From Cenarchaeum sp. (GTDB taxonomy: Archaea > Thermoproteota > Nitrososphaeria > Nitrososphaerales > Nitrosopumilaceae), in contig OZ242221.1 of the NCBI GenBank assembly GCA_965206845.1, positions 1 to 64,000 on the forward strand: a stretch of DNA of 64,000 nt, read 5' to 3'. The notes beneath the pieces were generated by a model. That model was not told where the DNA came from, made no database searches, and worked only from the letters and a program-made list of their open reading frames with translations. Position numbers and translations under genes: made by a program. Below, piece by piece: positions 1 through 10,243 of this stretch. Each line of letters begins with the position of its first letter. Position 1 is the first letter of the stretch.

Positions 1-698
1 AATGACGGCACGTGATCATGTGTTATCTGTACCCCTGCGGGGATTCTTGCCATTCCCTCGATGTCAGACTCGTGCCTCCTGTCGACGCCAAAGAACTCCA
101 GCTGGTCACTCAGCGGCGAGTAAAAGTACTGCAGGTACGCCAGCACGCCTGACACGTACTCCTGTATGTAGAGCTGCTCGTCCTCAGATACCACACCCTG
201 CCTGATGAGGCCAAGCCGCTTCCTGTCGTATTCCTTGGGGTCTGATGCCATAAAATAGCCCTTGCCGCCGGCGGCTCCCTGCCTCTTTACGATCACCAGC
301 CTGTCGATGTCGCCGGGCGAGGCTACCTTCCTTGGAACGTTCAGGCCGGACTCCGTCATGAGACTCTCCTTCAGATCACGATCCGACTCCCATCGCAGAA
401 TCCACCGGTTTCCAAACATCGGGCACCCTATGGACTCGATCTGCTCTGAAGACATCTGCGCAATCAGCGTGCCGTGGGGAATCAGAACCGCATCCCTCTT
501 CTTCATGGCCGACTGGCATCTCTGGCCGGACAGCTCCGAGAACGAGTCCACCTGTATGATCTCGTCGATGAAGCCGAACCGCCGGTACAGGCCATACCGC
601 CGCCGCTCGCACACAAGCAGTGTCTTGAAGCCTTCGTCCCTGGCTCCCTTGAGCACCTGTAGCGCGCAGTGGGAGCCTAGTGTGGCCACCGTGGTCAT
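1..698 (-). CDS. purP: PurP-family FAICAR synthetase (formate--phosphoribosylaminoimidazolecarboxamide ligase); 3' part runs off the window
   Basis: Not in the ORF track. Manual translation from ATG 698 (or 704) gives MTTVATLGSHCALQVLKGARDEGFKTLLVC..., the PurP N-terminal signature (TLGSHSALQILxGAKxEGF). Confidence 0.88.
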   Translation of the reverse strand, partial: MTTVATLGSHCALQVLKGARDEGFKTLLVCERRRYGLYRRFGFIDEIIQVDSFSELSGQRCQSAMKKRDAVLIPHGTLIAQMSSEQIESIGCPMFGNRWILRWESDRDLKESLMTESGLNVPRKVASPGDIDRLVIVKRQGAAGGKGYFMASDPKEYDRKRLGLIRQGVVSEDEQLYIQEYVSGVLAYLQYFYSPLSDQLEFFGVDRRHESDIEGMARIPAGVQITHDHVPS

Positions 699-720
699 AC
701 CCATACCTTGCGGCTTTACC

Positions 721-930
721 TTATGAATTATGTGCAGAGGAGACGTACTCGAAGATCTCGTCTATCAGCTCTGCTGTAATCTCGGGCCTTACGCCGTCTG
801 GCACCGCCTTTAGAACAAAGTCAAAGAGTGTGACATTCGGAGGAAGCGATCCCGTCTCCCGATATATCGAGTACGCCGCAATTCCGTTGGATATCAACGC
901 CACTGCCTGTTCGCGCCTGCTGAGGGCCAT
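721..930 (-). CDS. small hypothetical protein (69 aa)
   Basis: Clean ORF co-oriented with and just upstream of purP; AT-rich TATA-like ATTAAAT about 25 nt upstream on the - strand. Confidence 0.7.
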   Translation of the reverse strand: MALSRREQAVALISNGIAAYSIYRETGSLPPNVTLFDFVLKAVPDGVRPEITAELIDEIFEYVSSAHNS

Positions 931-1121
931 ACCCCGGAGAGGTGCGCCCAGTAATTTAATCTACGGATGCGGCTTTGGCTTTACGTGGAGAGCCACGTTC
1001 CGGTGCAGTCCCTGGCATGTCCGGTTCCCGGCGTGTTGCAGGTGCCCGGCTCGTTGTGGGCACTGTGGCAGCGCGCCAATGCCAAAACTAAAATTAATTG
1101 TACCGTGGAGTCACTGCGGGT

Positions 1122-2435
1122 ATGACAACAGGCGAAGAGATGGGCGATCTGCGGAGAACCCACTACTCGGATCAGCTCGGCCCTGCCACACACGGCACAC
1201 GGGTCACCGTAATGGGGTGGGTTGTGGCCGTTCGTGGTCACGGCAGCATCGCATTTCTCACCATCCGGGACAGGAGGGGCAGCGTGCAGGTGGTTGCAAA
1301 GAGGGGGGCCTGTCCTGACGAGATGCTTGATCGGGTCTCGTCACTCAAGGTTCACTCCTCGGTAGCGGTCACCGGTATGGCAAAGCCGTCCGCAAAGGCT
1401 CCAAGTGGTGCAGAGATCGTACCGGAACAGATGCGTGTCTTCTCTGAGGCCTCAAGGATCCCGCCATTTGAGCCCCAGGCCAAGACCGTAAAGAACATAG
1501 ACACGCGGCTAGAGGTCAGGCCTGTGGATCTGCGCAGGGACGTGCTCCGACACGTGTTTGACGCAAGAAGCCAAATCCTGCGGGCGATCCGGGAGTACTT
1601 TTACGAATCCGACTTTACCGAGATCAGCACACCAAAGATGATTGCCAGCGCCACCGAGGGCGGAGCCGCGCTCTTTCCCATATTCTACTACAACAGGCAG
1701 GCATTTCTGGCCCAGAGTCCGCAGCTCTACAAGGAGCAGCTCACAATGAGCTTTGAGAGGGTGTTTGAGATCGCTCCCATATTTCGGGCAGAGCCGTCCA
1801 GAACCAACAGGCACCTCTCTGAGGCAATCTCTATCGACTTTGAGGAAGCTTTTGTGGACTATGGCGATGTGATGGACAGGATTGTGGAGATAGTCGCAGC
1901 TGCAGTGAAGTCAGCAAAGGAGTATTCCGCCAAGAACCCGGAGGCGGAGATGGCTGTGCCGGACGTGCCCGCAGAGATTCCTCGGTATACCTACGCCGAG
2001 ATGATATCCATGCTGCAGGAGTCTGGCGCCAAGGTGCAGTGGGGTGACGATCTGTACCCACAGGCGCTGAGGAAGGCAGGGCCAGCGGGCTTTTACTTTA
2101 TCCGGGACTGGCCCATGGGCCCAAAACCGTTCTACGTCAAGGCCAGCAGGCAGAACCCGGATATCTCAGAATCCTTTGATCTGATGTACGGCGACCTTGA
2201 GATATCGTCTGGCAGCACCAGGGTTACATCAAGAGGGGAGCTGGTGCAGCAGATGAGAAACAAGGGAATGAAGACAGACAAGTTTGAGTACCATTTGGGC
2301 GCCTTTGACTTTGGCATGCCGCCGCATGCCGGATGCGGCATAGGCTTGGAGAGGCTTATGATGGCGCTCACCGGCACGGAGAACATCCGGGATGTGACCT
2401 TTTATCCCAGAGACGCAGACAGGTTGACACCGTAG
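1122..2435 (+). CDS. aspS: aspartate--tRNA(Asp/Asn) ligase, archaeal non-discriminating type
   Basis: OB-fold N-terminus, LAQSPQLYK, FRAE motif 2 and GMPPHAGCGIGLERL motif 3; lies upstream of gatCAB. Start moved to ATG 1122 (TATA-like element at ~1091-1099). Confidence 0.95.
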   Translation: MTTGEEMGDLRRTHYSDQLGPATHGTRVTVMGWVVAVRGHGSIAFLTIRDRRGSVQVVAKRGACPDEMLDRVSSLKVHSSVAVTGMAKPSAKAPSGAEIVPEQMRVFSEASRIPPFEPQAKTVKNIDTRLEVRPVDLRRDVLRHVFDARSQILRAIREYFYESDFTEISTPKMIASATEGGAALFPIFYYNRQAFLAQSPQLYKEQLTMSFERVFEIAPIFRAEPSRTNRHLSEAISIDFEEAFVDYGDVMDRIVEIVAAAVKSAKEYSAKNPEAEMAVPDVPAEIPRYTYAEMISMLQESGAKVQWGDDLYPQALRKAGPAGFYFIRDWPMGPKPFYVKASRQNPDISESFDLMYGDLEISSGSTRVTSRGELVQQMRNKGMKTDKFEYHLGAFDFGMPPHAGCGIGLERLMMALTGTENIRDVTFYPRDADRLTP

Positions 2436-2440
2436 GAGGA

Positions 2441-2710
2441 ATGGGGTTGGTATCAGAAGACGAGATAAGGTGGATGGCTGACCTCATGAAGATAGAGATC
2501 GTAGATCACAAAGAGTATGTGGAGAAGGTGCTGGACATGATCGACTACTTTGCAATATTGGATGATGCGCAAAGCGATGTGGAGATATCGACGATCGAGA
2601 TTCCGCTGGAGAGGCTGCGGGAGGACAAGCATGTTCCCTATGACGACCACCTGATCCGCTGGCTGAAGGGCTACAGGGACGGCCACATCCGGGCACCGAA
2701 GATGGTATAA
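2441..2710 (+). CDS. gatC: Asp/Glu-tRNA amidotransferase subunit C
   Basis: AGGAGG immediately before ATG 2441; LRED and C-terminal IRAPKMV motifs; lies between aspS and gatA. Confidence 0.85.
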   Translation: MGLVSEDEIRWMADLMKIEIVDHKEYVEKVLDMIDYFAILDDAQSDVEISTIEIPLERLREDKHVPYDDHLIRWLKGYRDGHIRAPKMV

Positions 2711-4156
2711 TTGGATCTGAGAATCTCTGTCCTGGATTATGTCCGTGGAGTGAAGGGCGGCAGCATCTCTGCAGAAGAGTTTGTTGCCGCTAGCATGGAG
2801 CGGATCCGGGCAACAGACGATCACCTGCATGCGTTTCTGAGCCTGATGGACGGCGTCCAGGAGCAGGCCCGTAGCATAGACAAGAAGGTGAGGCTGGGCC
2901 AGGACGCCGGCATGCTACCTGGCGTTCCCGTGTCGATCAAAGACAACATGTGCATCAAGGGCACAAGAACCACCTGTGGCTCAAAGATGCTGCAAGAGTA
3001 CGTCTCGCCGTACGATGCCACAGTGGCTGCCCGGCTCAGGGATCAGGGAGCCATACTGGTGGGCAAGACCAACATGGATGAGTTTGCCATGGGCCAGAGC
3101 ACTGAGTTCAGCGCCTTTGGCCCCAGCAGGAACCCATGGAGCGCAGACTACGTGCCTGGCGGTTCGTCGGGAGGAAGCGCCGTGTCTGTTGGCGCGTTTC
3201 AGTGCATGGCATCCCTAGGATCCGACACAGGGGGCTCGGTCAGAAACCCGGCCAGCTTCTGCGGAGTCGTGGGCTTCAAGCCCACCTACGGGCTGGTGAG
3301 CAGATATGGCCTGATATCATACGCAAACAGCATAGAGCAGATAGGTCCGCTGGCTCGGACTGTGCAGGACTGCGCCCTTATGCTTGACGTGATTGCAGGT
3401 GCAGATTCCCATGATGACACCACCCTGTCCGGGCACCGGCAGGATTGCCTCTCTGGCATCGATGCAGGAGTCGAGGGAAAGAAGATAGGCATAGTCAGGG
3501 AGATGACCGGTGAGGGCGTAGATCCGCGGGTACTTGCAGCAACGCAGCAGGCAGTCTCAAAGCTTGAGGGGCTGGGCGCGTCGTGCCAGGAGGTATCTTT
3601 GGATATGGTTCAGTACTCGGTTGCGGCATACTACACCATTACGGCAGCAGAGGCCGGAAGCAATCTTGCCAGGTACGACAACATCAGGTATGGGTATGAC
3701 CTGCCACTGGAGGGGTACGAGCATAATGCCTATGTTACCAAGGCCAGGGGAATGTTTGGCCCCGAGGTCAAGCGAAGGATGATCATAGGTGGGTTCATTC
3801 CGTCTGCAGGACACGCCGGCAGGTACTTTCTCAAGGCCCTGAAGGTTAAGGCCAGGCTGGCTCAGGAGGTAAATGATGCGTTCAAGGAGTATGATATCCT
3901 GGTATCCCCAACGGTGCCTGTCCTGCCCTTCCGAATGGGCGAGAAGATAGACGATCCGGTGGCACTCTTTCTGGTGGATGCCAACACCGTTACCGCAAAC
4001 CTCACGGGAATACCTGCCGTATCGGTGCCTGTGGCTGTAAAAGACGGCCTCCCAGTGGGACTGCAGATGATGGCCAGGCCACTGGGCGATGCAGAGGTGC
4101 TTGCAGCGGCGCACGCCTTGGAGGGCGTAACCGACATGCCGGAGGCTCCTGCATGA
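2711..4156 (+). CDS. gatA: Asp/Glu-tRNA amidotransferase subunit A
   Basis: Amidase signature: IKDN, GKTNMDEFAMG, PGGSSGGSA, LGSDTGGSVRNPASFCG; also SNLARYD. Confidence 0.96.
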   Translation: MDLRISVLDYVRGVKGGSISAEEFVAASMERIRATDDHLHAFLSLMDGVQEQARSIDKKVRLGQDAGMLPGVPVSIKDNMCIKGTRTTCGSKMLQEYVSPYDATVAARLRDQGAILVGKTNMDEFAMGQSTEFSAFGPSRNPWSADYVPGGSSGGSAVSVGAFQCMASLGSDTGGSVRNPASFCGVVGFKPTYGLVSRYGLISYANSIEQIGPLARTVQDCALMLDVIAGADSHDDTTLSGHRQDCLSGIDAGVEGKKIGIVREMTGEGVDPRVLAATQQAVSKLEGLGASCQEVSLDMVQYSVAAYYTITAAEAGSNLARYDNIRYGYDLPLEGYEHNAYVTKARGMFGPEVKRRMIIGGFIPSAGHAGRYFLKALKVKARLAQEVNDAFKEYDILVSPTVPVLPFRMGEKIDDPVALFLVDANTVTANLTGIPAVSVPVAVKDGLPVGLQMMARPLGDAEVLAAAHALEGVTDMPEAPA

Positions 4157-5559
4157 TCAAGATCGGGCTGGAGATCCACTGCCAGCTCACAAAGCTGGAG
4201 AGCAAGCTCTTCTGTGCCTGCAGGGCGTACTACCGTGACTTTGAGCCGAACACAAACATCTGCCCCGTATGTGTGGGACTGCCCGGAAGCCTGCCGAGGC
4301 TGAACCGGGAGGCAGTCAGATGGGCCGCAAAGATCGCAATGGCGCTGGGGTGCCGAACGCCAGAGAGGATGGCGTTCTTTCGGAAGAACTACTTTTACCC
4401 CGATCTTCCAAAGAACTTTCAGATAACCCAGACCAACCTCTACGGGGAGACCTGTGCCGGCTCCGGAGGGGTCAAAAGGATAGACGACAGGGACATCAGG
4501 ATCAGGAGGGTGCAGCTGGAGGAGGATCCTGGCCGCATCATATACTCCGGAAGCTCCGAGAAGACGCAGATTACGCTGGTGGATTACAACAGGGCGGGAA
4601 CCCCGCTAGTCGAGATAGTCACAGAGCCCGATTTTGAAGAGCCCAGGCAGGTGAGGGGATTTCTGATGATACTCTCGGACCTTCTTGAGAACCTCCAGGT
4701 ATCGGATCCTGGGCTGGAGGGGGCCATGAGGGCAGACGGGAACGTATCCGTATCGGGTGGCAGCAAGGTTGAGGTGAAGAATGTGAACTCGTTCCATGAT
4801 CTGGAGAAGGCCCTGCGGTACGAGATTGCGCGGCAGCAGAGTCTGGTGGAGCGGGGGATCGTCGTGGAGCAGGAGACCAGGCACTGGGACGACCGGAGGA
4901 AGATCACGGTACCGGCGCGATCAAAGGAGGGGGAGATGGACTACAGGTATCTTCTTGAGGGAGATATACCGTGGATCAGGATCTCCAGCGCGATACTGGA
5001 TCATCTGAGGAGGTCGATGCCTGAGAGCATAAGCTCCAGAAGGGAGAGGTACGTCACAAAGTACGGCATTGTAAGGCAGGTGGCCGACGTGCTCTCCTCT
5101 GACAGGTACTACTCGGATCTCTTCGAGGATGCGCATGATGCAGACAACGCCAGGGAGGTGGCCAATATCATAACTACGGATCTGATGGGGCTGATCGACA
5201 CTAGGGAGAAGCGCAGGCGATCAAGGCTGACAGGCGCCCACCTCAGGAGCCTGGCAGGTGCCATACTGTCAAGGGAGATATCCAGAAGTTCCGCAAAGAC
5301 TGCCCTACAGGAGATGGTGAGAACCGGAAGAGATCTGGCGGAGATATCTGCCAAGCTCGACCTGGGAGGCATCTCCGACGCATCGAAGCTGGAGGGGATC
5401 ATAGACGAGGTAATACAGGAGAATAGCGGTGCCCTTGGGCAGGCAGGAAAGAACCCGCAGATCATCAACTATCTGGTGGGCAGGGTAATGCAGAAGACCG
5501 GAGGAAGGGCTGATCCCGGACTTGTCATCGGGCTGCTCAGAAGAAGGGCAGGCATCTAG
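4153..5559 (+). CDS. gatB: Asp/Glu-tRNA amidotransferase subunit B
   Basis: IGLEIHCQL, RKNYFYPDLPKNFQITQ, DYNRAGTPLVEIVTEPD, VEVKN, and a C-terminal YqeY-like domain. Confidence 0.96.
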   Translation: MIKIGLEIHCQLTKLESKLFCACRAYYRDFEPNTNICPVCVGLPGSLPRLNREAVRWAAKIAMALGCRTPERMAFFRKNYFYPDLPKNFQITQTNLYGETCAGSGGVKRIDDRDIRIRRVQLEEDPGRIIYSGSSEKTQITLVDYNRAGTPLVEIVTEPDFEEPRQVRGFLMILSDLLENLQVSDPGLEGAMRADGNVSVSGGSKVEVKNVNSFHDLEKALRYEIARQQSLVERGIVVEQETRHWDDRRKITVPARSKEGEMDYRYLLEGDIPWIRISSAILDHLRRSMPESISSRRERYVTKYGIVRQVADVLSSDRYYSDLFEDAHDADNAREVANIITTDLMGLIDTREKRRRSRLTGAHLRSLAGAILSREISRSSAKTALQEMVRTGRDLAEISAKLDLGGISDASKLEGIIDEVIQENSGALGQAGKNPQIINYLVGRVMQKTGGRADPGLVIGLLRRRAGI

Positions 5560-6881
5560 CTTCTGGGGGGCCTTGCAAACAGGTTCTTCGGGTTGTGGTG
5601 GTACTCCACGGGCAGCATCGCGTCCTTCTGCCTGCCAGTAAGTATCCCGACCACGACGTCGTCCTTTTTAATGACCCCCCCGCTTACCAGTTTTTTGATT
5701 CCTGCAAGCGATGCGCCAGACGCCATCTCACAGTCAAAGCCGTTGAGCCCGACAACTGACATGCCGTCAAGCATCTCTGCGTCTGAGACCGTGGTCACCA
5801 CGCCGGCGGTAAACTCCAAGGCGCGGAGGCCCTTGAGCAGGTTTGCCGGCCTTCCAATCTGAATCGCGGTGGCCTTGGTACTGGGACGGGATCCCGTATC
5901 ATCAAGACGCCTGTAGTACCTGTCTACAATCTCCTCATCCGGCCTTCCGCCGCACCAGCGCATCGCCTCCTCGTTGTAGAGATCTGACAGCGTACTGGCA
6001 CCGGCCGCATTGATGACGGCAATTCGTGGAATCTTCTTTATCCATCCCCAGTCGTAGAGTTCCATCAGTGCCTTGCCACAGCTGGATGTGTTGCCCAAGG
6101 CTCCTCCAGGATACACTATCCAGTCTGGAGACTCCCACCCTAGGTACTCCAGCGCGCGAAACACGATCGTCTTCTGCCCCTCAATCCGAAATGGGTTGAT
6201 CGAGTTTACCGTGTACCCACCGTACCGTGCGGCATCATCAAGGGATCTGTCCAGCGCGTCATCAAAATTGCCGTCTACCTGGATTATCTGGGCGCCAAAC
6301 TGGTAAGCTTGGCTCAGCTTTCCCGGCGCAATCTGTCCTGCAGGAATGTACACATCGCATTCGATTCCCTCGTTCGCAGCAAACATGCCTGCCGAGGCAG
6401 ACGTGTTTCCCGTCGACGCGCAGACGATCTTCTTTGCTCCTACCATCTTTGCATGTGTCACGGCAGACGCCATTCCGTTATCCTTGAAGGATCCGCTGGG
6501 GTTGTATCCCTCTGGCTGCAGCCACAGGTTCTGCATGCCCATGCCGGCAAAGTTGGCGGCCCTGGTCATGCGGTACGGCTTTGACTGCCTCCCCTCGGAG
6601 CCGTCCAGCGATACCAGGTGCCGGGCGCACTGCTCTAGGTTCTCCGGATCAATCTGGCAGAAGTTCAGGAGCTCCCTGAAGCGCCACACGCCACTCTCGT
6701 TGAATATGCTGCCACCGGGATTTCTCCTCTTGATGAATACCTCCTTGAGGCTCTGCGGCGGCGTGTCTCTGTATTTTACGTCAAGAAGGTGTCCCTTTTC
6801 GCACGTAACCCTAGTGCTTGCAATCGGGTACTCCAATCCGCAGTGGGGATAGATGCATTTTAGAAATGCGGCATCCTGCAA
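5556..6881 (-). CDS. thrC: threonine synthase
   Basis: NPSGSFKDNG (PLP lysine), CASTGNTSAS, VNSINPFRIEGQKT. Start placed at TTG 6881/6884, about 25 nt from TTTAAA at 6906-6911. Confidence 0.92.
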   Translation of the reverse strand: MQDAAFLKCIYPHCGLEYPIASTRVTCEKGHLLDVKYRDTPPQSLKEVFIKRRNPGGSIFNESGVWRFRELLNFCQIDPENLEQCARHLVSLDGSEGRQSKPYRMTRAANFAGMGMQNLWLQPEGYNPSGSFKDNGMASAVTHAKMVGAKKIVCASTGNTSASAGMFAANEGIECDVYIPAGQIAPGKLSQAYQFGAQIIQVDGNFDDALDRSLDDAARYGGYTVNSINPFRIEGQKTIVFRALEYLGWESPDWIVYPGGALGNTSSCGKALMELYDWGWIKKIPRIAVINAAGASTLSDLYNEEAMRWCGGRPDEEIVDRYYRRLDDTGSRPSTKATAIQIGRPANLLKGLRALEFTAGVVTTVSDAEMLDGMSVVGLNGFDCEMASGASLAGIKKLVSGGVIKKDDVVVGILTGRQKDAMLPVEYHHNPKNLFARPPRS

Positions 6882-6905
6882 CAAAGTCAGGATCTGCCAT
6901 ACCAA

Positions 6906-6911
6906 TTTAAA
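6906..6911. promoter_or_regulatory. palindromic TATA-like element between divergent thrC and a small zinc-ribbon ORF
   Basis: TTTAAA lies 22-30 nt from candidate starts in both directions, consistent with leaderless archaeal promoters (inference). Confidence 0.45.
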
Positions 6912-6940
6912 GCAAACAGTCCACCTCCCACAACCGCGAG

Positions 6941-7171
6941 CTGACCCACACCAAGACATGCGAGACGAATCTGTGCTGTAACTGCGGCAGTGCGGATACG
7001 CTGTTCGGAGTGACCCTCAAAAAACTGGTATTTGACGTGACCGAATGCGAAAAGACGGTCTGCCATATGGGGGAGATCGCAACGGCAGACTGCATCAGGT
7101 GCGGCGGCACCACATACCGGATACCGACTCCATTCAGGAAACATCGCTTGGCCCCAACTTGGAGAGGATAA
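6941..7171 (+). CDS. putative zinc-ribbon protein (76 aa, apparent CTG start)
   Basis: Stop-free frame (L)THTKTCETNLCCNCGSADTLFGVTLKKLVFDVTECEKTVCHMGEIATADCIRCGGTTYRIPTPF...; two CxxC-G knuckles; absent from the ORF track because there is no ATG/GTG/TTG before the first knuckle. Confidence 0.5.
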   Translation: MTHTKTCETNLCCNCGSADTLFGVTLKKLVFDVTECEKTVCHMGEIATADCIRCGGTTYRIPTPFRKHRLAPTWRG

Positions 7172-7271
7172 TCGCCAGCATACACAGGGTCTGTGCAACG
7201 ACAGACGCTCTCGGCATCCACTAAATTCTACAGGCTGCCTGCGCAGCGATGCCTGGTATTGCAGGCAAGGG

Positions 7272-7982
7272 CTACAGAGCCTTTTTTCGCACTGCGTCAA
7301 TCCGCATTATTGTCGCCTTCTTACTTGGTCCGATCAGCCTGATCTCATAGACTGGGACGTACGCTTCGACGATCTCGCGCAGTGTAAACTCCTTCTGAAC
7401 GTCACGGACGCTCGAATCCGGAACCGTCTTTAGTGACTCTTCGAGCCGATTTACGGCATCTCCGTATGTCATCTTGGATCGCCTGATGCCTTTCTCGTTC
7501 TTCTCTAGTATCTGCCGCGGATAGTTCTCGATGGTCTTGGAGCCCATCTTGAACGGCATCTGTATCTCGATGCCGTGGTGATCAAAGGCCAGCTCGTCCT
7601 CCTCGTCTACAACGACATGCTCCTCCAATTCCAGATCAACCTTGTTCTTTCCGCGCCGTCTGGGCACAGCCTTCTCAAGACCAGATTTTGAGCGGGCGAG
7701 GAACGTGCCGTCCCCCAGCGCCACATCCTTTACGTTTGAGGCAACTGAGATCGTATGAGTTGCCTTTACGTAATAGTCAGAGGTGTATCTGCCGGAGACG
7801 ATCAGCACACACTCGTAGTACAGCTCCAAGGAGTGGATCTGAATGCCCTCCTTTTTGACTCTTGAGAACCGAGAGCCGAACATGGCGGTCTTCTTTTGTT
7901 CCGCCATCTCCATTGCACCTGCCTCATCTAGGTTGTTCTTCAGTACGATCGTCCTTACGTCATAAGCCGGCTCTGTCAACAT
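7272..7982 (-). CDS. hypothetical protein (236 aa)
   Basis: Long ORF with natural composition; TTTTATA about 25 nt upstream on the - strand. Confidence 0.75.
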   Translation of the reverse strand: MLTEPAYDVRTIVLKNNLDEAGAMEMAEQKKTAMFGSRFSRVKKEGIQIHSLELYYECVLIVSGRYTSDYYVKATHTISVASNVKDVALGDGTFLARSKSGLEKAVPRRRGKNKVDLELEEHVVVDEEDELAFDHHGIEIQMPFKMGSKTIENYPRQILEKNEKGIRRSKMTYGDAVNRLEESLKTVPDSSVRDVQKEFTLREIVEAYVPVYEIRLIGPSKKATIMRIDAVRKKAL

Positions 7983-8090
7983 GTCAACTTGGAGCGTTGC
8001 AGATATAAAAAGAAGATAGCACAGCCCGCAAACCAGCCGGGATTTGCTTCCCTCCGGCCTCTGCGCTCATGTGTGTCTGATTTTGACTCC

Positions 8091-8489
8091 TCAGATCCTG
8101 GACAGAATCTTCGCCTTCTGTTCTAGAAACTCCTGCTCGGTAAGCACACCCGAGTCCTTCAGTCGGCCCATCTGCTCTAGTATCTTCAGATTATGCTCTG
8201 CCGAGTTCGTCATTCCCTTGGCAATGGTGATTCCCCGACCCAGCGTCTTCTGGCTCTGCTCCTGCAGCTTCCGGGCCTCCTTGCCTACGCGCTTTGTAAT
8301 ATCTGCACTAGCGCTACCGGCCTCGCCGGCTGCTACCTTTCCTACTGCTATCACATCGCCGATGACCTGATCCGCCTTTCCTGTTATCTTTTCCACATTT
8401 CCGGTCTTCCTTGATCTACTCAATGCTCTCACTTGTGCCTGTTTGGTATATTTCTCTTGCGCAAGCGTAAAACGGATTGTAGTGTCCAT
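8091..8489 (-). CDS. SHOCT-domain protein
   Basis: C-terminus LKILEQMGRLKDSGVLTEQEFLEQKAKILSRI fits the SHOCT consensus; start uncertain. Confidence 0.65.
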   Translation of the reverse strand: MDTTIRFTLAQEKYTKQAQVRALSRSRKTGNVEKITGKADQVIGDVIAVGKVAAGEAGSASADITKRVGKEARKLQEQSQKTLGRGITIAKGMTNSAEHNLKILEQMGRLKDSGVLTEQEFLEQKAKILSRI

Positions 8490-8516
8490 GAGCCACGCCG
8501 TTCTCTGTTTTGGCTG

Positions 8517-9470
8517 CTAGCCATTGATGTCGGCATCCATCCATCTGAGGTCCTGCTGCCTTGTCTCATCGGTAGTCCTCCTGCTGCGGAACACCATCAG
8601 TAGCATCTCGTTGTCGGTGTCCAGTGAAAAGTGCAGCCTGTCGATGCTGTAGTACTCGACATAGTCATCCAACCTATCATGGTGCCATATTTCTTCCTCG
8701 GTGCCCCTGTGGAACCACTCCAGTTTTCAGTTGGCCTGCGGGTGGTGTGGTCTTGAATTGATCAGCCTCATGTTGGGATTCAGCAGCTCGTTCTTAACGG
8801 GGGGTCGGAGTCCAGGTGCCTTCCTGCTTCTTGCGGCTGCCCCTGCCGACAAAGCACGAGCCGTTGCCGGACAGGACGGTCGCTGGCACGCCGAACCTGG
8901 CGACTGTCTGCCGGAGCGCCGCTACCGTGTTCTCTGAGGTGGCTTCCTTGAACAATGCCGCGCCCGTAATGCACCTGGGGGCGTCGTCAAGATACATGTT
9001 CAGGTTCAGATCCTTCATACGCGGTTCCCTCGTTATGTGCCAGTCCGTATGTCACATGGCGTTAGAGTACAGGCGCCCGTACCTGACCTACTTGCGCTTC
9101 CTCGACTTTGCCGGGGAGTCGACGACTAGGCCGTTGGATTTCATTATCTAGTATACGCGAGAGCGGCTTATGTCATGTCCACCCTTCTTGGGCATCTTGG
9201 CCGCCTGCACTACGACCTCCGGCCTGCGGCGGTGGGCATCCGGCACCATCTGGATTTCCTCTTCAGACGTAGCAGGGCTCTTCGGTCGACCAGCGGGGCG
9301 CCGGATATGCGCGGTTCCCGTCTTGAGATACTCCACTCATAACCGTTGTGTGCGCCGCTGCGTTACATCAATCTCTTCTGCCACCACCCTGGTATCGCTG
9401 CCTCCCTACAGCTGCCTGACGAGGTATTGGGTGGACCTGTCCGACAGCTTTGGCTTTATTTTTTCCTTTG
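8517..9470 (-). pseudogene. degenerate IS481-like (HTH + integrase core) transposase
   Basis: Fragments across stops and frameshifts: KLSDRSTQYLVRQL*...VEYLKTGTAH...GRPK (HTH); YLDDAPRCITGAALFKEATSEN; FGVPATVLSGNGSCF; KLEWFHRGTEEEIWHHDRLDDYVEYYSIDRLHFSLD. Confidence 0.8.
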
Positions 9471-9531
9471 ATCCATGCAGCTTAAAGCAATCTTCCAGCG
9501 TACGCTTGACTGCACCTAAGCGACATGATTC

Positions 9532-9912
9532 TTGGACAATAGATGTGGACTAAACCTCGAAAAAACCTTATATGGCAATTTGTGGAATGCAAAACAGTTG
9601 TTTACCTTCAAGACGTATCTTATCTTCCTGTTTGCCTCGCTGGCAATCAGCATTGGCATTCAGATGGTCGTCCCATTCCCCTATGGCCTGGGCATTGCCC
9701 TTGCAATCTTTATCGCATTTCCGCTTCTGCTACGCCGAAGATACATGCGCGGAGTCCGGGGGTATGGCAGCTCCAGCATGCGCGGCGGAGGGTTTTTCGG
9801 AATGGGCCAACGTGGGGAGTCGTTGAGCTACGTCTGCCTGGCATGCAACGCCAAATACAAGGGCGGCTCGTGCCCTCGCTGCGGCTCAAAGATGAAGCGG
9901 GCAGATTTTTAG
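9532..9912 (+). CDS. small membrane protein with C-terminal zinc ribbon
   Basis: Two hydrophobic helices, a Gly-rich linker, then CLAC...CPRCGSKMK; start uncertain (TTG 9532 or 9580). Confidence 0.75.
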   Translation: MDNRCGLNLEKTLYGNLWNAKQLFTFKTYLIFLFASLAISIGIQMVVPFPYGLGIALAIFIAFPLLLRRRYMRGVRGYGSSSMRGGGFFGMGQRGESLSYVCLACNAKYKGGSCPRCGSKMKRADF

Positions 9913-9918
9913 CTGAAG

Positions 9919-10227
9919 ATGACCCTGACAGATCTGCGAAAGCGAGTAATATTCCAAAACTCCATTGACGTGTGGATCGAGTCCTGCCTGGAGGTCGGCG
10001 CCGACTGGAGTAGCGTCCCAGACTATATGAGATTTATATCGTACCTGAAGGATCGCAGCCTGAACCTCAAAGCCTTTACCCTGTGCGCGCATGAGGCGGG
10101 AGCCACGGAGAAGGCGAAAACCGACTTTGCCGAGGCCCTCAAAGCGACAGGTGATCCGAATGCCGCAACCTACACGATCAAGCTAAACGACGGCGCGCTG
10201 GACTCGATTCGTAGCTTTCATAGATAG
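9919..10227 (+). CDS. hypothetical protein (102 aa)
   Basis: Starts 6 nt after the previous stop; natural composition. Confidence 0.75.
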   Translation: MTLTDLRKRVIFQNSIDVWIESCLEVGADWSSVPDYMRFISYLKDRSLNLKAFTLCAHEAGATEKAKTDFAEALKATGDPNAATYTIKLNDGALDSIRSFHR

Positions 10228-10243
10228 TTGGACCTTTTTACGC

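Noticed and set aside
6887-7300. - strand ORFs of 137 and 104 aa upstream of thrC
   Set aside because: No motifs; the + strand frame with two CxxC knuckles is the better candidate.
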